The notes under the pieces are model-generated. The model was not told the DNA's origin. It searched no databases and saw only the letters and a program-made list of their open reading frames with translations. 64,000 bases of DNA. Origin: Bugula neritina. Taxonomy: Eukaryota; Animalia; Bryozoa. Below are positions 49,756 to 61,354 of the stretch, piece by piece. The stretch spans positions 30,751,504 through 30,815,503 of the forward strand of contig OZ037765.1 in NCBI GenBank assembly GCA_964035545.1, in the 5' to 3' direction. A program made the position numbers and the translations under genes. Every line of letters starts with the position of its first letter. Positions within the stretch are counted from its first letter, which is position 1.

Positions 49756-52004
49756 ATCCTTTTTTATAATCTATTGTTACACAAAGCATACAGTTCAATG
49801 CTAAGTGAAACGGTAAACCTGTGGGCTTCATAGTAATAGTGTCAGGGAAACTTTAAAGCAATTTTAAACTAAGGATGTTTAATAATCTGTATGCATTGAG
49901 TCAAATATGAGTCATAAGTTTACAACATTTAGGCTGTAAGCCACAGGATGTTTAGAATTACCTAATAATTAGTTTTTACTTATTATAAATTATTATAACT
50001 ACTTTTATTTTGGTCTTTGAAGTTTGTAAAAAACCATTTAGCAATATTATATTTTTCAAGTATTCAAATATATGGACAAGTAAAACAAAAATATATGGCA
50101 TCAAATGCATAATTATTTCAAATAATAAGTATAGGGGTTGAAAATGACTATGGACAATTATAGTTAGCATAAGTATAATATAGCATTGGCTGTTATTTCT
50201 TGTTACCTGTTGACATTACACAACCACCTGCCCAAACCCGAGGTCATTCAGGTAAAGATGTATGTGTATGCAACACGTGAGGCCAACGTCGCAATCACTC
50301 GGTATTACATTTTACAAAATGAATATCATATTTATCAAAATATTGTACAGTATTATTATGCTGCCACTGATTGATACTACTGTAACTATGGCAACATAAA
50401 TGATACATACTTTCTTAAATAAAACAATAAGCAGGAAGTAATAGTTTTTGTTTTGTTATTAAGACATACGAGTACTTTCTAAGCAAGGATGGACTACAAT
50501 ACTGGTTGCATAATTCTAGTATCTATAACATCCTTGATTGCTTTGCCTATAAAGGAAGGATTACATTTTGCTGTAGTGCTTTTCATAAAACTATACGTTG
50601 TAGGAACTGCTGGGATATTCCATGTTTCTTTCATTTATCCAGCAAAACTTATAAACTTGGAAGAAATTACGGTGAGTTATCATATCTCTTTGGTATTCGA
50701 CTCTTATTCTAAGTATTCATTCATATATAGATGACATATATAATATATACCTGTCATATATATGACAGGTATATAATATTATACATATATCTGTATTATA
50801 TACATACAGTGATGGGCTTGCAAGGAAAACATTTGTTATTATTATATTATATTACTTATGAACTAAATATTTACTTTATTTATACAAAATATTAAAATAG
50901 GCTAGTTAGGAAGTTTTCAATAATGCATTGCATAACAGTACATTATTACAAATTAATGTTTATACTCAACAATATTTTAATGTTGCATATTACAGTTTAA
51001 TTATTGCGACTGCTTTTATCAGCCCAGGAGTGTTTTTTGAAATTTTTGATCTAATTTTAAAAATAGACCAACATTTGAAAATCAGTTGAAAGTTGAAAAC
51101 TTTGGTTTTTAAATCATGCAATTTATGTAAAAATAGTGGTTAAGTTGTTATCATAATTCGTACATTGTAATATAATTGATGCAATTGTTAATAGCAGTCA
51201 AGCAATTAGAATCCATATAATAATTCTGTTTGATAAATGCTCTCAGTTTTAGTCAATCAGTGTTTAGTGTTTGCTGAATAAGGTATGATTTAAACTACAA
51301 GAGAACTATTCTGTATTCTTCAATTTCAGCATTTTAAGAACCAGTTTAAAAATTGTATTGACCCAAATGAAACAAAAGAGTCTTCTAATGTCTGGAACAC
51401 AGAATGTAGATGGTGATATTATTAACCCTCCTCCAAATGGGAACACATCCAGTATATTCCTGAAAGGTAATTTATCTCTAGGAGTGCATGCGGAGATATA
51501 CATTGTAAAGATAATGCTATTATTCAGAAGATTTATTACACTCATTTATTAAGTTTAACCATATATTATTTTGAAATCAAATTTGAAAGTTATTTACTTG
51601 ATCAATGATTTACACCTACATTACTGCTAGCCAGTGTAGTGTTAGTGATGACGAAAGAGAATATGCAACACGCTTTAAACTCTTTTATGTTGAAAGTATT
51701 TTCATCACTAAGACTTGGTAATTTATAGCATCGCCTACTCAATTTGTCGCAAATGCACATAAACATGACTTCACTGAATAATTCAATAAATAAATAATAA
51801 TAAATATGTGTTTTTGCAATTCAAACTACGCATGCCACAAACTTTCTCTTGCAACATTTTCAAGTCATAAAGTGAAATATATAGACCGACCTAAAAGAAT
51901 TACTACAACATTCACCATCAGATGAGGGTGCAAACACCAGTTTTCACATTTAAAGGACAAAATTACTCCCAGGAGAGTTTAATTGATTTTCCTTTCCGTA
52001 ACCG

Positions 52005-52114
52005 CTTGTATAAAGGAGAGAGAGAAATGTTCGTTCTAGCAGTTTTTCTCGAACAACTCACGTAAGCACACTTGCTAATCAAGGAAATAAGCGTGTCTAA
52101 CACAAACATTGCAG
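52005..52114 (+). promoter_or_regulatory. TATA promoter, short 5'UTR exon and 53-nt intron of the methyltransferase gene
   Basis: TATAAAG at ~52009, donor CAC|GTAAGC at 52062, branch-like TCTAAC near 52096, acceptor TTGCAG ending at 52114, two nt before the ATG. Confidence 0.6.
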
Positions 52115-52116
52115 GT

Positions 52117-53936
52117 ATGACAAGTCGGAATGTAACGGATTTAATTGGATCAGCTAAGAGCATGCCTGGAGTAGAGAGCGCCGAGTTGTACTCTGACACG
52201 GCCGCACAAGTATGCAGACGATCGTTGGAATTACTCTTTCAAGGTAAACAGAGCAAACTAATTTCTAATAAGTGATTTTCATGTCTTTATTAATTTTTCA
52301 TAATAAAGAATGAAGTTTTGATAAGCAAAAACATAAAATATCGAGCAATTTATGGTTTTTTATGATTAATAGTGTTGAGAGAAAAGTGTAATAAAAAGCA
52401 ATGTTTCGTCAAAAGTTAAATTATTTTCCTCTGGCAACTAACTTCCCTAGGGAGGCTCGGTTAATTCTGGTGTTGGTAGAGAAATACAAAATGTAAAAAA
52501 TATTATATAATCTATACAGAATTATATAAGACTGTTTAGTGTTCCATAGTTTAAAATTTGAAATCCAAGTTTGTGCACCTGGGATCTGTGCATTATTGAC
52601 TATTGAAAAAATTGATAATTAAAAAATTTATTTTAATAGTTAGGACATTGCAAATTGATTCTCACAGTTATAGTAATAATCAACTACAACATTGCACAAT
52701 AAAAAAATTTGAGACATTCTATGCTTGTCAATGCAAAAAGTAGTAAATAGCTTTATATTATGAATGCCAGTCAATAAATGAACTTCATTAATAGAATACA
52801 TTATTTTGCAGGTGCTTTGACTTCAGTGAATAGACACAAGGAGCAGACTATATTAGACATTGGCTGTGGTACTGGTGAGGCCACCAACTGCCTCATGCAG
52901 TACCTACCCTTCACCAAGTCTATCACTGCCATAGATAGAAGTATGGAGTTTATTGACTACGCGAGGGAAGTAAACGCATCACCCAGGATAACCTATGAGT
53001 GCCTGAATGCTGAGAAAGACTGGCCTAAAGAGTGGCGTGAGAAATTTACTATGGTAGGTAGCTTAATTTGTTCTGCCCATAATTTTAAAATATATTTTAT
53101 TAAGCCAAGTCATTTACCAACTTTTTATTAAAAACTCAAATCTGATCCAGTGCTGATTTTAAATATGGTATTTACTTGTTGTAATGCTAAATTATCCTTT
53201 AAAATTTTGCAGCCATTTTACAACTATTACAGAATATTGAAATTAAAAATGTTTGGACAGCAAATTTCACAGATTGACAATAAGTTTCAGTATTTTGTGT
53301 GTTTGGTTTAGAGCCTTGCAATGCATGTAGACCGAGTTCTAAGCAACTAAAGGCAAATTAATAGAAAGCAAGCTATAATTATGCTGTTACAAAAAAGATG
53401 TATAAACACACTTTAGATCCTAACAGCTATATATTTGTAATGTTTAGGTGTATTCCAACTACGTATTCCACTGGATTAAGGATCATAACTTATTGCTAAG
53501 ACAAATCAACAGAGCAATGAAAGTCAACAGTGACCTTTTAGTACAATTCTTTCATTCGGCTCAACCAGCAAATAACGAAATGATGGCAGCTAAAAGGGCT
53601 GCCGAAGACTGCGGCATCGTCAATGAAATGCAAGCGGCCATATTGGCTGTGAAGAAAATGGTGCCTATATGGAAGGACGCTAGCTCTTACAGCCGTGTAA
53701 TTTCTTCACTCGGATTCGTAGTGAAAACATGCCGAATTGAAAATAGACAGTACAGGTGTAAATCTAAATTTGAAAGAGCAGGGATGACAGTTACTGTTAG
53801 TCCTTTTATGAATCACGTGCCACAGGATAAGAAGATGTTGTTTGCCACGAAGTATGTGAACTATCTAGCCGACCCTTTTACTATCTATCACAAGGCAGTT
53901 GTGGTGCACGCAATAAAGATCCGCAGCATTGACTGA
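52117..53936 (+). CDS. Class I SAM-dependent methyltransferase, juvenile hormone acid O-methyltransferase (JHAMT)-like, 285 aa
   Basis: Exons 52117-52243, 52812-53053, 53448-53936 (858 nt, phases close). Motifs AELYS, ILDIGCGTG (motif I), ITAIDRSMEFIDYARE and KFTMVYSNYVFHWIKD, as in the JHAMT/Tam-like clade. Confidence 0.85.
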
Positions 53937-55581
53937 ACTTTATTCTTATTACTCAGCAGTTTTTAACTTATTAATAATAATACTATTTATTGAATGATAT
54001 ATCCTCATGATGAGTCTGTATCATTAGTTATACTTATGTAATTAGTGTCTAGCCCAGGTGGTCAGTGTGGTCCCTAGAGGGTCATCACTTATCTCATAGA
54101 CACATTGGCATACATTTAATGTGTTACCGTGCAGTACCTATACTACATGTATACAAATATGCAGCTATTATTAATGTGTGTATAGTAATGTGTATCCTTG
54201 CAAAATTATAATCAAGCCCTGAGGGATTTTTAATAAGAGTAATATATTTTTGAAATCATTGAGCAATAAATTGCTAAATTCCAACCCATTGATTATTATT
54301 GTTACAGGAAGCTTTAAAAATATACATTTTACTTTAATTGCACCAAACCACACACACACACATCTGAGTTGAGTGCAAAACTGCTGTTTTTAGCAATACC
54401 CAAGGTTTTGACTGATTACAGCATGAAAAGCTATAGAGATGAAAAACTAAAATTAGCTAAAAGTTAGCTTGGTATAAAGGTAACAAAAAACTTATGTGAT
54501 AACAAATATATAGAAATGTATATTTTTGGTGACCAGCAACAATATAAAATAGTTTTAAAATGACAATTATTAATAAAAGCATGTGTATAGTTCATATGGA
54601 CAGTTGACATCATGCGTCTATATGATATTATGCAGATTAATTTTAACACTGTAGATCTTAAACTAAAATGTAAGGTAGAGCTAAAAGCCTGCATATAGGA
54701 ACGATTAAACCCCCTCCCATAAACATAAAACTATGGGTAGCGCCAGGTAAAAATGCTGAATACCAAATGCCACCATTGTGGTTGCACGTAGGAACCACTA
54801 ATGCATGTGCTCGATGGAAAGAGCTCATGCAAAACTAATTCTATAAAATCAATAACACACTTGCAGTGCACGCAAACACCCAACAGAGATCTCACCCAAC
54901 AAGCTATGTGTGAATCATAACTTAGCAAATAAAGTAGTTAACCCCACAACTACATTCTTACCAAATGCAATCAAAGCTAACAAGTCATATCTGGATATAT
55001 AATTCCAAAATTGAAAGTAAAACAATCGGAGATGTTTAGAATTTATAGCATATAAAGTATTATATAAAAGGTAAACTCAATACGAGACATACAAGTCATA
55101 TTAAACAAGAACTCAGAATCATAATAGGTAACACTGCAAGCAAGTGCTTGGTGCAGTATAATTTTATAGTTCACTATTTTTAACTAACCGTGCCTTGCAA
55201 TAATAATCATATATTATTATCATAGTTAAAATAATTGTATATAATGTCAATTTATTATTGATAGTAATAAGAATTAACATATTGATGTTGATACTTATAA
55301 GCATTGAGCTGCTGTGATGAAATGTATAAATTATTTAGTTATTTAAAAACATAAAATATAATAACATTGAGATAAAATTAACAAAAGTGAATTCTTTTTA
55401 CAAAATCAAGTTATAACTAAAAAATTGAAAAAAAACGACAATAAATATGAAATTAAGCTAAACAATAGTAGAATCTATATGTACAATATATAAGAGTTAA
55501 AAACTTCATTACATTCTTGCGTTAGAAAATACATTCCCTAAAGTAATATAAAATAGTGTAGAGTGAGAGGTAAGCGACACA

Positions 55582-58500
55582 TCAGCTTCGAGCAGAAGTC
55601 CTTCGAGTAGACCGACTAGATGAGAAATTACTCTCATTTCTGCTGGCTCTAAAATATTTATGACATAATATTTTCCAAAGAAAAAGAATATATCATAATA
55701 ACAATTACAGGTGAAATAGTTTGGAACACTAATTAATTATAATATTTGAATCCATCACATTATAAGAAACAAAATAACTAAATTTTTTCAGATGCTGAAT
55801 TGTAAAAACTGTTCACCTAAAAGAAAAAGTTGAATTACAAACTAATGATGATAGACTAATCAAATGGAACACTATAACAATCATAATTTAATTTCAAAAG
55901 CAAACCTTTCAGGTGGGAGCTCAAACTTCAACTTGGTTTCATCAAAACTAGAGTCATTTACCAAGTATGCTGGAATATATTCAGCTTTAAGACATTTAGC
56001 TTTACTGGCTAGCAGTGACTGCATTTCTTCACGCTGCAACAACATATACACACGTTTGTAAGCGGAAGTTTCCATGAGTAATAAAGTTATGCAAGTAAAA
56101 AAACTACATAAAAATTGGTATTGAATAGCCACCCATTGTTATGCGTACCTTGACTTTGACACCAAATCTTTGCATTTCTTAATGATTTTTTAAATTTTTT
56201 TGTATAAACTCATATTTACATTACTCTATTGTTAGAGACAAACAAGAGATTAATTGTACATAGGTTCTCTTTTACAAGCATAGTAATGACAGCAGTAAAG
56301 AATTCAACTAGTGTCTTTATGACAGTAGTAATAAGATGTAAAATAAAGGGTTTAATGAACAACTTGAAGTTTTTATACTCCTCAAGAGCTTTATTATCAA
56401 CAAAAAATAATGTTCCTTAAGCTTGACGTGTCCATCATTAGAGTATAAAGTTGCTGAACTTTGATAATTAAGGAATTGAAAACAAACCCCGAGTTTTTAT
56501 TTTTTTTGTATACTGGAACATTTATCCACAAATACATTAGAAGAGTCTACCTGAATAGCTTTACTAGCAGTTGATACACATCTAGGTTAATACAGCTAAG
56601 GATGCAAAAATGTACTTTTATAAGAGCATCAAAAACTGGCAATTATCGCTTTAGTTCTTGATAACCTATTCTATCAATTGTACAAATGTTGGTTCATATT
56701 GCAGATGATAGTGAAAAATAGTAGGACACGAAATTATTTAAAAAGAGTTATTGAATGTAGGGTTGAGTTTACCCAGTGGTCCCTGTGGTGTAATGGTTGC
56801 AAGCCGGAAGTCTCGGGTTTAAATCCTAATGGGGGCAATTATTTTTCGTTAAACACAGCAGAACTGAAACTCAACACGACAGTTGCCTGATCTCAACACA
56901 ACAGTTGTCTGATCTCAACACAACAGTTGCCTGATCTCAACTCAACAGTTGTCTGATCTCAACAGGACAGTTGTCTGATCTCAACACAACAGTTGTCTGA
57001 TCTCAACAGGACAGTTGTCTGATCTCAACACAACAGTTGTCTGATCTCAACAGGACAGTTGTCTGATCTCAACACAACAGTTGTCTGATCTCAACAGGAC
57101 AGTTGTCTGATCTCAACAGGACAGTTGTCTGATCTCAACACAACAGTTGTCTGATCTCAACAGAACAGTTGTCTGATCTCAACACAACAGTTGTCTGATC
57201 TCAACACAACAGTTGTCTGATCTCAACACAACAGTTGTCTGATCTCAACACAACAGTTGTCTGATCTCAACAGGACAGTTGTCTGATCTCAACTCGACAG
57301 TTGTCTGATCTCAACAGGACAGTTGTCTAGGCTGACAGGGCAGGTGCTTACCTTGAGTCCAGATTTCTTTGAGTCTATAAAGGCATGAGTGGCAACAGAG
57401 AGATCAGCTGGTAATTCACTGCAAAGGAATAAGGAAAGATTTTTCAGTTACTGTAACTCAAAATTTTGATTACACTTTTCATCATTAGCATAAAGAGCCA
57501 GTCTGAATGTCAACAGACTGTTTTATGTTATTTGGTAGGTGCTAAAAATATTAATTCCAACAACATTTCACACATAGAATGGAAATAATATCATGTTTGC
57601 TGAAATCCTGGTTATGACACATATTTTGTTTGAATTTATTGATATGGTGCTAATAATTTGAATAATGAAAATCAGCAGCCAAATGTTTTTTAAACTGTAG
57701 TAAACACTGAAATTTATTTTGCATGTTTTATTGCATTGAAAAAAATAGTTTTTCCCGTAATTGATTCACCTGTGTGTAAGGGAAAGCTGGCAGATCTCAA
57801 AAATCAGTAATATGAAAATAAACAGCTTCCAACACAAAAACATAGATAAACAATGTTCAAATATTTAATCTATAGTAACAAGATTGAAATGCAGCAAAAA
57901 TAAATACCCAACAACTTTTTTTTCTAAATTCTTCCTAATTATTAAAAATATTGATAGACTTTGCACAAGTTTAATTCAAGTTTCAACAAAAAGCACAACT
58001 AAAATTTTGCACACTACACTGATTCTAATCGCCAAAGTGATTAAATTTAGGAACCAGTTTTTATGAAGTTTACCAAGACTTTTGTAACCATGCATTATCA
58101 GCAAAGTAAAATGGTGGTGCTTTATCTTGAATATTAAACTGTTCTGGCTATATGATATAAAGAACCTTATTTCAAAGCCCATTAACGAATGCTATGTTAA
58201 TTTTTCATCTAATAATATGCTGCTCAAACTATATACCTATTTAAAATGATGACATGTCAACTCATAAGTCATTGCAAAAACTTTACAGCTTTTTACACAT
58301 CACGTTTACATGTGACAATACTACAGAGACTACGGTATAGGAAAAGAGAAGTCCCTAAGCACCTGCTGGCACCTGTGAGCACCTGCTGGCACCTGTGAGC
58401 ACCTGCTGGCAGGCGGTTGTCAGCCTACCTGCAGGAAACTATGCTAGCACCTCCCATTTCCAATATTCTTCTCATAGACTCAACTTTGTCTTTTGGCAGA

Positions 58501-61354
58501 GCCAGTATCACCCTCCAATCAGAGAATGGGTTACATCCATTTCCGTTCTATAGACAACATCATTACTATATTACATGCGCTCATACGTGGACAATTTTTC
58601 CATTCATAAAATTAGCTGGCAGCTACTACTCAACTATGTAGTATAAAAATAAAACTGCTCTAGCCAAGTCTGGTCTTCCGTCCAGCATATTGACACTTGA
58701 CCTACGAGAGCAGGTATCTGCCTGTGCACGTGCATGCAGCAGACACTTGAACCCCAAGCATAAATCCCTCACGGAATACAACTGCTACGTAGCAGCTTGA
58801 GGTGATGGCGTCACATAACACGCAATACTCTAGGGGATAAGAAATGTCCAGGGGGTATTTTCTGTTACTATAGTTACTCTCCCATTGGAGTGTCGGAATG
58901 TTTTAAATTAATTTTTTTGTACTTTTTACTACCAACTGTGTTTCACCACCAGGGAATAAAACAACTTTTTTATCCAAATGTTGACACCCAGCCCTATCCA
59001 AAAAACAGTTATTTAGGTTTGAACAATTATTTTTCATTTATTCCAAATTATGAAAATTTATTTTTAGCCTTTAATTTTACTTGTAAATATTCAACCAAGT
59101 TTATTATATAAAAGTAATATCTATACATGAAAAATTTTTTTGAAGCCCCTAGCCTTTGAAATTTAGTTTAAAGAAAATTATGGCTTTTGATAACCGTGAC
59201 TTTAAACTCACTCCTCTTTTAGAACTTAAGGCTACCATAACCAATAGAATCAAATGCCAACTGTAGGATTAACTATACCTGAACAGCTACTCTGCGCCTG
59301 TGAGCTGCCGAGGCATATGTCTGTATGGACGGGTTAGTGGCAGCAATGTGCGTAGCCTTAGGATTCCCCCACTCATATTTTTCTTCCTAGAAATCAAACA
59401 TCCAACTCCACAGTTTCCAGAAAACAAGCTAAGAATAAAGACTCTCATTCGGTTGAGAGAAAATTCTTTAGCAAATATTTTAATACAGTATTGAAATATT
59501 TATTTCATTAATTTATAATTTTCTTACTTTATAACTTCACGATGGTTCTGATAAAATTGAGTTTATATAGCATTAAAATTATATTAAGTTAAAACAACTA
59601 CTTTCTCCATTATAACAATTTGCTGCTACTACTGTAGTCTACCCATCTGCTGCACACTCAAGACAATCTGCTGTCAGCGAATAGAAGGTAATGACTTACT
59701 GGCAGCAGAGAGTTAGATTGAACTGATGACTTGACGTAGGACGTGTCCAATAACCACAAGCCTCTCACCAGAGCACACAGAAACTTCTCATTTCTCTGAG
59801 GTTTATCTAAAAATAATTGCTAATATGTCAAGAAAAAAGCAAGTATTTAGATACCATTGTAGTCAACATCAGCACTAGCTAGCCAACAAATTATGTTAAT
59901 ATATTGAAATATATTTAGATTGTAAAATATTCAATTACAGGTTGTCTTTTGACAGTTTTACTACCAAAAGCAAAAAGAATGAAAATATTATTTAAGCAAG
60001 TTTGGAATGATATACAGTTTCTATTAAAGGTATGCCAGAATAAACTAAGGTGTAGTATAGCTGACAGTAGATTACTAAAAATAATCCTGTTTATTAGTCC
60101 TGTGAAGGTAATTGTCATTAGATTAGTAACCAAAATGGACTACCACACATTACAACATGCGATTTAACTGAAGCCTAAGCCCGTATCTCTATATGAAGAC
60201 ATGCTGCTTAAGATTTGCCTGCGAGAAGCAATTCATATTTTAAAAAATGGTCAGTAATACAATAAAATTAGCAGAAAGTATACTCATGTTGAAATACCTA
60301 CAAATTGCATAATATTTTTAGAATTTAATCTCCATTTACACAATTCCAAAAAGTTTACAAATGAATAAAATTCTAAATTTTGTGTGGGATTAAATGAACA
60401 ATTTCCACTAGAGGAGAATATGCACCAAAATAGACCTGGAGATGCTACAAGACTTTGCCAAAATATAAATAACAAGTAAATCCAGAAGAGCAGTGTGCTT
60501 CTGATGCAACTAGTAGCTTTCTTACCAGTTAGTTTCTACTATTTTTTCAATTATAAGATATGTGATCAAAACATTTCAGATTTGAAATAATTTAATAAAT
60601 AAATGTCGACTAAAAACAAAATTTGATTATAATAAGCAGAATCTAGCGCCCAGGACTGTAAAAAGTTGCCAACAAGTGGAGTGAAATTTATTAGAAGTTA
60701 CATGTAAGTATTATGTATGTATGTATCATACACTATTTAGAATTTAACTCTTAAGCCTTTAAATGTGAAAGGAAATAAATAAAATAAATGATTAGTCCAT
60801 TAGGGCTAATGACTTGTGCTTAAGTTTTCTGAAAATAAAATGTCAGAACACAAAAAGTTGGCTTGTATCACCACAAAAAGTAGCTGTTATGCAGATTGTG
60901 ATGAAGTAATTTTTAGGGCAGCTAAACAGAAATACTATTTATTTAATACAACCCTACAGCTATCAATCTTTTTACAGTGGTCAACATTGTGTCCATCGGA
61001 AGTCCCAGTGACCTTTCAATAAATTTCAGCCATTTTACATTTGCACCTAGCAGGCAATCACTCTCTGGCTTTTTCCCCTCTGAATAGCCATCCTAGAGTG
61101 TGTGGGTAAAACAGCCCGACTCTATACTTACTCAGTATAACATGTGTACATCTTGGCTATATATTAATACTTACTCAGTGTAACATGTGTACATCTTGGC
61201 TATATATTAATACTTACTCAGTATAACATGTGTACATCTTGGCTATATATTAATACTTACTCAGTATAACATGTGTACATCTTGGCTCAAAGTTTGAAGT
61301 AAGTATAGTCTCAGCACCTAACAACTGTAGCTGCTCAGCCAAACTATCTCGCTC
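55582..61354 (-). CDS. TOPBP1: TOPBP1-like protein, C-terminal tandem BRCT pair (BRCT7/8-like); 5' exons not found in the window
   Basis: Exons 61354-61261, 59806-59700, 59386-59279, 58547-58429, 57418-57352, 56033-55906, 55648-55582 (phases close). Sequence LLGAETILTSNFEPRCTHVILNKPQRNEKFLCALVRGLWLLDTSYV...EEKYEWG...FSDWRVIL...RRILEMGGA...ATHAFID...CLKAEYIPAYL. The pair is C-terminal, which favours TOPBP1 over SLF1. Confidence 0.8.
56756..56855 (+). mobile_element. tRNA-derived SINE-like element, copy 2 (internally deleted)
   Basis: GTAGGGTTGAGTTTACCCAGTG...TGGTGTAATGGTTGCAAGCC...GGTTTAAATCC...GGGGGCAATTATTTTTC, matching 42167-42285. Confidence 0.7.
56864..57328. repeat. 22-bp minisatellite, ~21 copies, next to a donor
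   Basis: Unit CTGATCTCAACACAACAGTTGT with ACA/GGA variants; ends ~23 nt from the exon end at 57352. Confidence 0.97.
61124..61287 (-). repeat. 43-bp repeat, ~4 copies, containing the exon end plus donor of the BRCT exon
   Basis: ATACTTACTCAGTATAACATGTGTACATCTTGGCT starts at 61124, 61167, 61210 and 61253. Confidence 0.95.

Noticed and set aside
55881-56132. Stand-alone 83-aa ORF
   Set aside because: Only 56033-55906 is an exon of the BRCT gene, although read-through to the stop at 55881 could be an alternative end.
56864-57328. CRISPR-like array (also considered for 22930-23190 and 28021-28321)
   Set aside because: Head-to-tail units with no unique spacers, no cas genes, and a eukaryotic intronic context.
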